Both the position numbers and the translations under genes were made by a program. The notes under the pieces are model-generated. The model did not search any database and was not told the DNA's origin. It worked only from the letters and a program-made list of their open reading frames with translations. This document shows, one piece after another, positions 46,530-55,336 of a DNA stretch of 64,000 nt; position 1 is the first letter of the stretch, and each line of letters begins with the position of its first letter. Source of the DNA: Alkalispirochaeta sp. (GTDB lineage: Bacteria > Spirochaetota > Spirochaetia > DSM-27196 > Alkalispirochaetaceae); the NCBI GenBank assembly GCA_965601925.1, contig OZ271854.1, positions 3,008,001-3,072,000 on the forward strand. The letters run 5' to 3'.

Positions 46530-46727
46530 TTACCCGTAGGGAAGAAGCTTCCGGACGCGCTTCTCTTCCGCAGGGCTCAGAATTCCGGCCTTTCGCAGGT
46601 GCCGTTTTCGCTTGGTGGTCTTCTTGGTCAATATGTGACGAAGGCCCTGTTTCTTGTACTTCACTTTGCCGCTACCGGTTACGTGGTAGCGCTTCGCCGC
46701 GGCGCGACGCGTCTTCATTTTCGGCAT
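46530..46727 (-). CDS. rpmI: 50S ribosomal protein L35
   Basis: [14 protein letters not shown]...[14 protein letters not shown]...LLPY. Confidence 0.98.
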   Translation of the reverse strand: MPKMKTRRAAAKRYHVTGSGKVKYKKQGLRHILTKKTTKRKRHLRKAGILSPAEEKRVRKLLPYG

Positions 46728-46746
46728 CGTATGCTCCTCGTATCTC

Positions 46747-47289
46747 TTACTTGCCCTTGCCGCTGGGTGACAAAATCATGGACATGAACCGTCCCTCCAT
46801 GGCAGGTTTCCGATCGATCTGATAAGGCGTCTCGAGCATCTCCAGGATCTTGTCGAGCACGACCCGGCCGAGTTCGGTATGCGCGAGTTCACGACCGCGA
46901 AATCGAATCGTCACCTTGACCTTGGAGCCCGCCTCCAGGAAGTCCTGAATATGCTTGGTTTTGAACTCAAGATCGTGAGTCTCGATCTTGGGTTGCATCC
47001 GGACCTCTTTTAGTTTCAATAACTTCTGTTTTTTTCGCGACTCTCGGGCATTCTTTTCCTGTTCGAATTTGAACTTCCCGTAATCAAGCACCTTACAAAC
47101 CGGTGGTTTGGCTTGCGGAGCGACTTCGACGAGGTCGACCCCCCGCTCCCGGGCAATTTTGAGCGCCTCGAGCGTGGGTACGATTCCCAACTGCTCGCCG
47201 TCGCTACCGATTAACCTGACCTCTCGTACTCGAATCGCTTCATTGGTGCGCAGATCCTGTTTGGTCGTGCGCATGTCTTGTCTGGCCAA
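46747..47289 (-). CDS. infC: Translation initiation factor IF-3
   Basis: [45 protein letters not shown]. Probable TTG start after GGAGGT. Confidence 0.96.
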   Translation of the reverse strand: MARQDMRTTKQDLRTNEAIRVREVRLIGSDGEQLGIVPTLEALKIARERGVDLVEVAPQAKPPVCKVLDYGKFKFEQEKNARESRKKQKLLKLKEVRMQPKIETHDLEFKTKHIQDFLEAGSKVKVTIRFRGRELAHTELGRVVLDKILEMLETPYQIDRKPAMEGRFMSMILSPSGKGK

Positions 47290-47329
47290 TATACCTCCCA
47301 CGTTGTGCTTGCCTGATTACCGGTCAAAT

Positions 47330-47358
47330 ACCATATCATCGGCGTACGAAAGAGTCAA
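47330..47358 (-). promoter_or_regulatory. sigma70 promoter of infC-rpmI-rplT
   Basis: Minus strand TTGACT-17-TATGGT with extended TG. Confidence 0.6.
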
Positions 47359-47948
47359 ATCCCACGTTCGGTCGTAGTGAGAAGGCAACATACATCGGTG
47401 GCAAAAAGATTCGGCAGAAAACGGGGAATTGCGCCCGTGCGACGTAGGAATACTTCGCGCCGGATTTCGATGTTCCGTTGTCGACACAGTTCGGTGAAAT
47501 CTCGGCGGGTAAAGAAGTGAATGTTGGGCGTATCGTACCACGTATGGGGTAGGTTGCGGTTCACCGGCATGCGACCGCCGAAGCCGAACTGCAACCGATT
47601 CACCAGATACCCGAAGTTTGGAAAATTGACGATAACGTGCTTGCCCACGCGTACCATCTCCTCCAGGAGACGGCTCGGTCCGCGCACTTGCTGCAGCGTT
47701 CGACTGAGGATCACATAATCGTAACTCTTGCTCGGATAGTCTTTGAGACCTTCATCCAAATCGCCGTGAAAGACGCTGATACCTTTGCGAATACACTCCT
47801 GAATCGATGCGTCGTCGATGTCGACGCCGCGGCCCCGCACGCGCCGTTCGTCGTGGAGGCGTTCCAGGAGCGTGCAATCGTCGCACCCCAGATCCAGCAC
47901 CGTCGACCCCGGCGCCACCATATCGACGATCACGTCGAATACGTTCAT
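47355..47948 (-). CDS. metW: Methionine biosynthesis protein MetW
   Basis: VLDLGC, GDLDEGL, YDYVILSRTLQ, FPNFG, GRMP, WYDTPNIH. ATGA overlap with metX. Confidence 0.92.
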   Translation of the reverse strand: MNVFDVIVDMVAPGSTVLDLGCDDCTLLERLHDERRVRGRGVDIDDASIQECIRKGISVFHGDLDEGLKDYPSKSYDYVILSRTLQQVRGPSRLLEEMVRVGKHVIVNFPNFGYLVNRLQFGFGGRMPVNRNLPHTWYDTPNIHFFTRRDFTELCRQRNIEIRREVFLRRTGAIPRFLPNLFATDVCCLLTTTERGI

Positions 47949-49075
47949 CGCTTTTTTCCCGTCAGAAAGGCCGTGATGAGTTCGCTCTGGAGACTCGCCT
48001 CCAGCAGAAACGAGTCGTGACCGTAGGGGCTTTGAATCTCGTTGAACGAAACGTCCTTGCCCGCCGCCGCCAGTGCGTACACGACCTCCTTGGATTGGGC
48101 GGTGGTAAATAGCCAATCGGAAGAGTAGGACAATACGAGGAATGAGCTCTCCACCCGCGCCATCGCCGAGCCGAGCCCGCCCCACGATGAGGCGACATCG
48201 AAATAGTCCATCGCTTTCGTGAGATAGATATAGCTGTTCGCATCGAAGCGGTCGACAAATGTCTCTCCCTGGTGTTCCAGGTAGCTCTCCACGGCGAATT
48301 GATCGTCGAAGTCGAGACGCGCCGCGTTATCACCTTGAAAACGTCGCCCGAACTTCTGGCGCATCGATTCGGAGGAGAGATAGGTGATGTGGCCAACCAT
48401 GCGCGCGATCGCGAGGCCGTGTATCAACTCCTTACGGTCGTAGTAGTCGCCGCCGTTCCACGCCGGGTCGGAGGTGATTGCGTTGCGTCCCACCGCGTTG
48501 AAGGCGATACCCTGGGCGTTGAGGCGCGAGGTCGAAGCGAGCACGATCGTCCGCGCGACCATCGCCGGGAAACGTACCGCCCATTCGATCGCCTGCATAC
48601 CGCCCATCGATCCGCCCGCTACGGCATACAACCGTTCGATGCCGAGATGTTCTACCAGCGCACGCTGCGCCTCGACCATATCTCCGATCGTAACGATGGG
48701 AAACCCCAGACCCCAGGGCCGTCCCGTATCGGGGTTGATCGATCCGGGGCCGGTCGTTCCGCCGCATCCACCTATGACGTTGGAGCAGATGACGAAGAAC
48801 CTATCGGTATCGAACGCACCGCCGGGGCGTATCATGTCGTCCCACCATCCGGGTCGCCGATCGTCCCGGCCGTGCAGACCTGCGGCGTGGGCGTCCCCGC
48901 TGAAGGCGTGGAGAATCAGGATAGCGTTGGTTCCGTCGTCGTCGAGCTCTCCGTACGTCTCATAGCGGATGTTGACGTGCGGAAGCGTACGTCCGCTTTC
49001 GAGGCGAAAACCTTCGCTTTCGAGAGGGAGCGAGTAGTTGCGAGGCGTGACCACACCGGTAGGATTGTCCTGCAT
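47945..49075 (-). CDS. metX: Homoserine O-acetyltransferase
   Basis: YETYG, HAFSGD, NVIGGCGGTTG, GGSMGGMQ, RFDANSY, YGHDSFLL. GGAGG SD. Confidence 0.93.
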   Translation of the reverse strand: MQDNPTGVVTPRNYSLPLESEGFRLESGRTLPHVNIRYETYGELDDDGTNAILILHAFSGDAHAAGLHGRDDRRPGWWDDMIRPGGAFDTDRFFVICSNVIGGCGGTTGPGSINPDTGRPWGLGFPIVTIGDMVEAQRALVEHLGIERLYAVAGGSMGGMQAIEWAVRFPAMVARTIVLASTSRLNAQGIAFNAVGRNAITSDPAWNGGDYYDRKELIHGLAIARMVGHITYLSSESMRQKFGRRFQGDNAARLDFDDQFAVESYLEHQGETFVDRFDANSYIYLTKAMDYFDVASSWGGLGSAMARVESSFLVLSYSSDWLFTTAQSKEVVYALAAAGKDVSFNEIQSPYGHDSFLLEASLQSELITAFLTGKKR

Positions 49076-49150
49076 CCATCCTCCTGACTGAAATCCTAAC
49101 CTATTGATTGCTTGTGTTCTCTGCAAGAGTAATGGTACCGTAACGCTCCG

Positions 49151-49837
49151 ATGTTCCTCTATCTGATTATATCACCGGCCCTCATCGCCGCTACGGCGTT
49201 TCTCATGCTCGGGCGCGGTATCGACGGCGCGTCGATGCCGCGAGGGCGCGATGAGTGGGAGCGTTTGGTGCGAAACCCCGCTCTTGCGGCCGTAGGCGTT
49301 TTCGTTCCGATGTACGGTCTGTATCTCGCGCTGTCCTCCCCCGATCTCTTTCGTTATTCCCTCGGCGGGTTGTATCTTCAATTCGTCATTCGCGACTACT
49401 TCGGTTGGTTTGCGCTTCTGTGCGTCGCCGCGTACGCAACCGCCCGCTCCAGGAGACAACTCGTCGCCGGTGAGCAGTACCTGGCGCACGCAGTCTTCTT
49501 CACCGTCGCCGTTACGCTCCTGTCGATCGCGGACGTACTGCTCCACGACGGTTTGTGGACCGCCGAGGAGCTCTTTCTGCGACCGACGACGCGCGCCCTT
49601 CTACTGGTGATGTACCCCATCGCTTTTACCGTGGCCGACACGGCACGCGGAGGCGGATGGGCCGTCGTATTAATGCTGATTCAACCGTTGATCGCCGCCT
49701 TGGTGCCGATGTGGTTCGAATGGTTGCGCCCGGGGTATGCGCTCATTGCGCTGGCCGGTCTGTTTCTCGTGACCTCATGCGGCGTCGGTCTTTTGCTGTT
49801 TCGAGGTGCGGCGCGGCGAGCGGGGAGATTTGCGTAG
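49151..49837 (+). CDS. Hypothetical polytopic membrane protein
   Basis: 228 aa with about seven hydrophobic segments. Confidence 0.7.
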   Translation: MFLYLIISPALIAATAFLMLGRGIDGASMPRGRDEWERLVRNPALAAVGVFVPMYGLYLALSSPDLFRYSLGGLYLQFVIRDYFGWFALLCVAAYATARSRRQLVAGEQYLAHAVFFTVAVTLLSIADVLLHDGLWTAEELFLRPTTRALLLVMYPIAFTVADTARGGGWAVVLMLIQPLIAALVPMWFEWLRPGYALIALAGLFLVTSCGVGLLLFRGAARRAGRFA

Positions 49838-49935
49838 AACGCGCCCTCGCGACGCCCACCGGATCGCGGCCGGTTCACATGCGCCGCTTCATGTCCCGCG
49901 CCGTTCACACCGATACTCTATAATGAATCGATGGT

Positions 49936-49965
49936 TTGACAAAGGCAACGGGCGATTCCTATAAT
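49936..49965 (+). promoter_or_regulatory. Consensus sigma70 promoter of the flaA pair
   Basis: TTGACA-18-TATAAT. Confidence 0.8.
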
Positions 49966-50026
49966 GCTCGGGGAGTGACATCCTACCATCGTTACTTCTA
50001 TGAGGATCGCGATAAAGGAGTGGAGC

Positions 50027-50794
50027 ATGAAAATAGGCCGCCTACTCGGTATCGGCCTTCTCGCTGTGCTGTTGATTCCGTCGGTGATCGTTGCGCAGCA
50101 GCAGGCAACGACCAACTATCAATCGGTCGTGATTGAGAGTTTCGACAGTCCCGAGGAGAGTCCGTGGATCGTTCAGGCCAGCAGATTCGTGGCCGAGGGC
50201 TACCCGCAGCCAGGATGGGTGAGGACCTGGCCGGCAGCGTTGTATCGGAACGAGCCTGAGGGAGTGACGCTACGGTCTCTCGGCGTTCAGGCGGCGTTCA
50301 ACCGGCAGGGGTACAACTTTTTGGAGTTCATCCCGGTCGAGCAGAATGAAGACGGGGAGACGGTTCCCCGCGGTATTCCCATTCCCGGGCAGGTAAACAA
50401 CATCGACATGTGGGTGTGGGGATCGAACTTCGACTACTACATCGATATTCACGTCAGAGACTTCCGAGGTATGACGCACGTGCTCAATCTCGGCGACATC
50501 GGATTTCGAGGCTGGCGCAATCTGCGCATCGCGATTCCCTCCTGGATTCCGCAGACGGCGCGGTACGTCGCCGAGTTACGCAACGGGGAGTTTACCTCGG
50601 ACCTGCGGAGTCTCGAGCTGACCAAGATCGTACTGTGGACGCGGCCGGAGGAGCGAGTCAACGGATTTTTCGTCTACTTGGATGAGATCAAGGTCGAGAC
50701 GGACATGTACCGCGATCCGTTCGACGGCGAGGAGCTGCGTGATCCGGAAGCCGTACAAGAACTCTGGGCCGGCGCGGAAGGCGGGGGGCTGTAA
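50027..50794 (+). CDS. flaA: Flagellar filament outer layer (sheath) protein FlaA
   Basis: Signal peptide, LGVQAAFNRQGYN, IDMWVWGSNFDY, LGDIGFRGWRNL, PFDGEEL. Confidence 0.88.
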   Translation: MKIGRLLGIGLLAVLLIPSVIVAQQQATTNYQSVVIESFDSPEESPWIVQASRFVAEGYPQPGWVRTWPAALYRNEPEGVTLRSLGVQAAFNRQGYNFLEFIPVEQNEDGETVPRGIPIPGQVNNIDMWVWGSNFDYYIDIHVRDFRGMTHVLNLGDIGFRGWRNLRIAIPSWIPQTARYVAELRNGEFTSDLRSLELTKIVLWTRPEERVNGFFVYLDEIKVETDMYRDPFDGEELRDPEAVQELWAGAEGGGL

Positions 50795-50797
50795 ACG

Positions 50798-51502
50798 ATG
50801 AAAAAGAGCGCATTTCTCTCGGCATTACTGATATGTGCAATGGCGCTGTCGCTTGCGGCGCAAGAGACCTTGCCCGATCCCGCCGAACTGGGATTGGATA
50901 CGGCGCAGCAGAATCTCCAGGAGATCTCCATCGACCGTTTCGAGGATCCGGGATTTTGGCTCTCGTCCATACCGGCGGATCGCGGCTTGATACTGCATCG
51001 CCGCGTCGCGGGCGGACCCGACGATAAGCAGCCGATCCCCGGCGAGGTCGAGGCCGGTGTTGAGGCTACCGATGAGAACGTGATCGGTATGCGGGTAAAC
51101 TTTTACCGGCGCGGTGCGACGACCATTTCGCTTCGTCCCGCGCGTCCCTTGGCGGTTCCCGGAATCGTGAAGACGCTCTCTCTGTGGGTCGTCGGACGCA
51201 ATACCAACCACCACTTGAGCATCGTGCTTGAAGACTACTTCGGGAATGTAAACGTGCTTCCCCTCGGGCGCCTTAACTTCAGCGGTTGGAAGCAACTGAC
51301 CGTCGCCGTTCCCCCGTCGCTCCGTCAACGGGACACCCACTACACCGTAGAAACGGGAATTCGGGTTATCGGTCTCGTGATAGATACGGATATCAACGAG
51401 GCGTACGGAACGTTCTACGTCTACTTTGACGATCTACGGGCGATCACCGACCTCTTTGCCGAGGAGAGTCGCGATCCCGACGATATGGTCGACAACTGGT
51501 AA
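50798..51502 (+). CDS. flaA: Flagellar filament outer layer protein FlaA
   Basis: Signal peptide, IDRFEDPGFW, SLWVVGRN, GRLNFSGWKQL, YFDDLRAITDLF, DDMVDNW. Confidence 0.9.
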   Translation: MKKSAFLSALLICAMALSLAAQETLPDPAELGLDTAQQNLQEISIDRFEDPGFWLSSIPADRGLILHRRVAGGPDDKQPIPGEVEAGVEATDENVIGMRVNFYRRGATTISLRPARPLAVPGIVKTLSLWVVGRNTNHHLSIVLEDYFGNVNVLPLGRLNFSGWKQLTVAVPPSLRQRDTHYTVETGIRVIGLVIDTDINEAYGTFYVYFDDLRAITDLFAEESRDPDDMVDNW

Positions 51503-51523
51503 TGGAATCGGTGTGAAGAGACA

Positions 51524-51551
51524 GGCCTCCCCCGCGGGAGGCCCTTTTTTT
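51524..51551 (+). terminator. Intrinsic terminator after the flaA genes
   Basis: GGCCTCCC-ccgc-GGGAGGCC followed by C and T7. Confidence 0.9.
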
Positions 51552-51630
51552 GTCATCCGTCGCGCCGAGAGCCGAAAAGAGGCCGTCTGAGTCGGTGGCG
51601 ATCTCAGACGGCCGATATACGGAGGACGAA

Positions 51631-52809
51631 ATGGTACAGGAGGGGCGGCGATTTCTCAGACTCGCGTATTTTTTCCGTAATCTCGAGGACGAAGCGCTGG
51701 ACGCCGTAGCCCGGGTGTGTCATCCGGAGGTACACGACGCCGGTGAGATCATTTTCCGCGAGGACGATCAGGGTGATCGGCTCTTTATCGTGCTCTCGGG
51801 GGAGGTGCAGGTGTGGAAACACCGCGGGCGCGAGGACGAGAACCTCCTCGCCGTGCACGGCACCGGACGGTTCTTCGGCGAGATGGCCCTCGTCGACGAG
51901 TTACCGCGGAGCGCCACCGCCGTTGCAGCGCGACGAAGCGAGCTGTTGTGTCTGCGCCGTGAGGACTTTCGCGGCCTAGTGAAGCGGTACCCGGAGCTCG
52001 CCATTTCCGTCATGCGATCGCTCTCGGCGATTGTGAGGGAAAGTAACGACAGTTTTGTCGCCGACCTGTACCACCGTAATCGGGAGTTGGAGCGCGCCTA
52101 TCTCGAGTTGGAAAAGGCGCAGCGCGATCTCCTCCGCAACGAACGCCTCTCCAACCTCGGGAAAATGTCGAACATGATTCTGCACGATATCCGCAATCCC
52201 GTATCGGTCCTGAAAGGGTACGCCGAGATGCTGCTACGTGGGGCCGACGATCCGGAGCGTGTGCGCGACGCCGCTCGCCGTATCGCGACCCAAGCGGAAG
52301 GGCTGAACCATTTGGCCGGTGAGCTTATGGATTACGCCCGCGGCGAGGTGCGTCTCGACGCATCGATCGTCGCTCCCTCCGAGATCGTCAAGGCGGCGTG
52401 TCATTACCTCACGGAGCGTCGTCAAATCCAGGATATCGAGCTTACCGTCGGTATCGAGGACGACAGTCCCGTGATCGTCGATTTCCAGCGAATGGTCCGA
52501 GCACTTCTCAACGTTTTGGATAACGCGCGCAAGGCGTGCGGGGCCGACGGGACGATTCGCGTTACGGTGCGTCGCAGCGGTGGAATGCTCGATATCGTGG
52601 TGGAAGACTCGGGCGAGGGTATGAGTCCGGAGGTCGCCGACAGCGTCTTTGAACCCTTTTTCAGCGGTTCCTCGGAGGGCGGTACCGGGCTGGGCATGGT
52701 CGTGGTACGCAATGTCGTCGACGCACACCACGGCACCTTGTCCGTTGAGTCGCAGATGGGGTTGGGCACACGAATTACGATCACCATCCCCGAGAAGATG
52801 GGTAGATAG
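51631..52809 (+). CDS. Cyclic-nucleotide-binding domain histidine kinase
   Basis: IIFREDDQGD, FFGEMAL..PRSATA (cNMP), ILHDIRNP (H-box), NVLDNA, DSGEG, GTGLG. Confidence 0.88.
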   Translation: MVQEGRRFLRLAYFFRNLEDEALDAVARVCHPEVHDAGEIIFREDDQGDRLFIVLSGEVQVWKHRGREDENLLAVHGTGRFFGEMALVDELPRSATAVAARRSELLCLRREDFRGLVKRYPELAISVMRSLSAIVRESNDSFVADLYHRNRELERAYLELEKAQRDLLRNERLSNLGKMSNMILHDIRNPVSVLKGYAEMLLRGADDPERVRDAARRIATQAEGLNHLAGELMDYARGEVRLDASIVAPSEIVKAACHYLTERRQIQDIELTVGIEDDSPVIVDFQRMVRALLNVLDNARKACGADGTIRVTVRRSGGMLDIVVEDSGEGMSPEVADSVFEPFFSGSSEGGTGLGMVVVRNVVDAHHGTLSVESQMGLGTRITITIPEKMGR

Positions 52810-52822
52810 CCGTATCGCGCTC

Positions 52823-53629
52823 CTACCGGTGGTCTGCGGCCGCGGCGAGCATGCGGTTGAGATTGGCCGCCGTTCGGCGCGCCAGGTCTTCCGGGCGCTC
52901 TCCCCGGAGCTCAGCCGCGACTCGCAGCGTGTAGGAGAGGAGTCCCGGATGGTTGGCCGTTCCGCGGTGGGGGTGGGGAGCGAGAAACGGCGCATCGGTC
53001 TCCAGTAGGATACGGTCGTGCGGAACGAGACGGACCGCCTCGCGAAGTGAGCCCGCGTTACGAAATGTGAGATTTCCCGCAAAGCTGATGTACATACCGG
53101 CGTCGAGAAACGGTGCGATCCACTCCGGAGACGAGCTGAAGCAGTGCATTACTCCGCCTCGGGGGAGCGCCGCATGAACGAGACGATCGAGGCAGTCGCG
53201 GTCGGCCTCACGATTGTGCACGATAACGGGGAGATCGAAGCGTGCCGCAAGGTCGAGGTGTCGTTCAAAAAGCGTAACTTGCGTCTCTCGGGGCGCGTAC
53301 ATGCGAAACCAGTCCAGCCCCGTCTCCCCGACGGCACGATAGTGCCCGCCGTGGAGCTCTCTCTCGACCGTATCAAGCGCCTTCTCACGATCGTCGCGCC
53401 CCGTTTTGCCGGGATGGAGTCCGCAGGAGTGATACACGCCGTCAACCGTACCGGTCAAGCGGCGTATGAGCGGTCCGTCCTCGGGTTCGATGGCGACGTC
53501 GAGCATCGGGCCCGCTCCCTTCTCGCGGAGTTCGGTGAGTATCTCGACCGGGTCCAGACCGCGGGCGGCCATCGCGACGCTGTGAAAGTGACTGTCAGCG
53601 AGCATCGGTACGACTTCAGGTATAATCAT
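52823..53629 (-). CDS. tatD: TatD-family deoxyribonuclease
   Basis: DSHFH, GLHP, VGETGLD, IVHNREA, VMHCFS, LETDAPFLAP. Confidence 0.92.
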   Translation of the reverse strand: MIIPEVVPMLADSHFHSVAMAARGLDPVEILTELREKGAGPMLDVAIEPEDGPLIRRLTGTVDGVYHSCGLHPGKTGRDDREKALDTVERELHGGHYRAVGETGLDWFRMYAPRETQVTLFERHLDLAARFDLPVIVHNREADRDCLDRLVHAALPRGGVMHCFSSSPEWIAPFLDAGMYISFAGNLTFRNAGSLREAVRLVPHDRILLETDAPFLAPHPHRGTANHPGLLSYTLRVAAELRGERPEDLARRTAANLNRMLAAAADHR

Positions 53630-53757
53630 GGGAGGTTCACCTTAGGTCGGTGTATCGCCGCAGTACAAGTACCACCCATCCGCCGCCGTCCTTTCTCCCG
53701 ACGGACCCGTCTTCGGTATTATGAAAATTTGATAGGATCTCTATCGAGGGGTGTACG

Positions 53758-54420
53758 ATGTGTTCGGATTACGGGAAGACGAACCGACACGACGAGAAAC
53801 GATCTCGCGATGCGGACGCACTCGTTGCAATCCTGCGATCCGACGGGATTCGCAGCGCTCCCGTTCTCAAGGCTCTGCGTGACGTACCGCGCGATCACTT
53901 CGTTCCGGCGGAGCGGCGAAGTGAGGCGTGGGATAATCGGCCCCTCCCTATCGGAGAGGGCCAGACGATCAGCCAGCCTTTTACCGTTGCATACATGATG
54001 CAGCTGGCCGGCGTATCGCCGGGGCAGCGAGTGCTCGAGGTCGGAACAGGCTCGGGCTACATGGCGGCTCTCCTCGCCCACGCCGTCGCCTCGCCGCGTG
54101 CGGTCGTGACCATAGAAACCAATGCCGTGCTGTACCGGTATGCGGTCGAGCGACTCGGTGCGGTCGGGCTCGAGGGTGTCACGGTGATACATGGAGACGG
54201 CCGTGGAGGCTGGGCGGATCGTGCGCCGTACGACGTCATCATCGTAAGCGCCCAAGGGCCCGACGTTCCCGAGGCGCTGAAGGAGCAACTCGCCCCGGAG
54301 GGTCGGCTTGTCATGCCGGTCGACTTCGGTACCCATGCGGTGATGACCCGTCTACAGCGCGTGTCCGACGGATTTCGCGAGGAACGCCGAGGGTTTTTTC
54401 AGTTTGTTCCGCTTGTCTGA
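53758..54420 (+). CDS. pcm: Protein-L-isoaspartate O-methyltransferase
   Basis: VPRDHFVP, PIGEGQTISQP, VLEVGTGSGY, GDGRGG, APYDVI, FVPLV. Start uncertain. Confidence 0.92.
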   Translation: MCSDYGKTNRHDEKRSRDADALVAILRSDGIRSAPVLKALRDVPRDHFVPAERRSEAWDNRPLPIGEGQTISQPFTVAYMMQLAGVSPGQRVLEVGTGSGYMAALLAHAVASPRAVVTIETNAVLYRYAVERLGAVGLEGVTVIHGDGRGGWADRAPYDVIIVSAQGPDVPEALKEQLAPEGRLVMPVDFGTHAVMTRLQRVSDGFREERRGFFQFVPLV

Positions 54421-54443
54421 TGTTCCGCGATCGGGAGGCCGTG

Positions 54444-54728
54444 ATGAGTGTTGTGCGACGGTATGGAGTAGCAATGATGCGCGGCTTGGCGCTGTGCGGC
54501 TGGGCCTGCGGGGTGACTCTGATCCTCTTGCCTCCGTTGAGAGAGCCGGTCGGCACCGTACGGCCGTGGGGAATCGGGCTCCTCGTCGCGATGGCGGTCA
54601 TTCATTGCGCCGAAATCCCGATCGGCGTGCGGATCGGCACCCGCTGCCGAGTATCGACGGCGCGTTCGGCATTCATGACGGCGGTATTCGGTTTTACGTG
54701 GTGGCTTCCGCTCAAACGCGGTTGGTAA
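54444..54728 (+). CDS. Small membrane protein
   Basis: Three hydrophobic segments, HCAE..FGFTWWLPLK. GGGAGG SD. Confidence 0.6.
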   Translation: MSVVRRYGVAMMRGLALCGWACGVTLILLPPLREPVGTVRPWGIGLLVAMAVIHCAEIPIGVRIGTRCRVSTARSAFMTAVFGFTWWLPLKRGW

Positions 54729-54995
54729 ACGCGCCGACACGCCGTCTTCGGGAGAATGCGGTTCTCCGCGGACGCCCCATGCAGTGCCGTGCGCGCGGTA
54801 GTCACCCGTCGCTCATACACCCGGCTGGTGTACGAACCCGCCTCACGTTGGGCGGTCCGTACCGCCGATGTTCCAATCTCCGGCGATCTGGTACGCTACC
54901 GTCGCGGCCCCTGAACGAAACCGGGTGAGAGTTTGCGTGTCACGGCCGGTGGTGCGCGGGGGCGATGCCCATTGCCGATAGACGGGAGCGAGACG

Positions 54996-55295
54996 GTGAC
55001 GAGTAATGTGAGCCTTCAGGTGATACCGCACGTCGCGGGCGACGCGGAGGATGCGGTCTATGCAGTCGTAGACAGGGTGATTGAGTACATACGGAGTACC
55101 GGACTCCCATTCGAAGTGGGGCCGATGGAGACGACCATCGAGGGCGAGTTGTCTCAACTCCTCGATATCGTCGCTGAGGCGCAACGGATCTGCGTAGAAC
55201 ACGGCGCTCATCGCGTGTTGTCGGTCGTCAAAATCGACTATCGCCCGGGAGGAATCACTATGGCCGAAAAGACCGCGCGGCACCGCGCGGGATGA
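54996..55295 (+). CDS. Thiamine-binding protein (MTH1187/YkoF, DUF77)
   Basis: SLQVIP, VDRVIEYIRSTGLPFEVGPMETTIEGE, VKIDYRP. Confidence 0.88.
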   Translation: MTSNVSLQVIPHVAGDAEDAVYAVVDRVIEYIRSTGLPFEVGPMETTIEGELSQLLDIVAEAQRICVEHGAHRVLSVVKIDYRPGGITMAEKTARHRAG

Positions 55296-55336
55296 GGCGC
55301 ACGACGTTCGTGCAAGAACGCGATGTCCGAGCGCGG

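Noticed and set aside
49076..49150. SAM riboswitch or T-box upstream of metX
   Set aside because: The divergent gap is only 75 nt and has no such motifs.
54730..54995. TPP riboswitch before the thiamine-binding protein gene
   Set aside because: The hallmark CTGAGA and CCTGA...GCGNAGGGA segments are absent.
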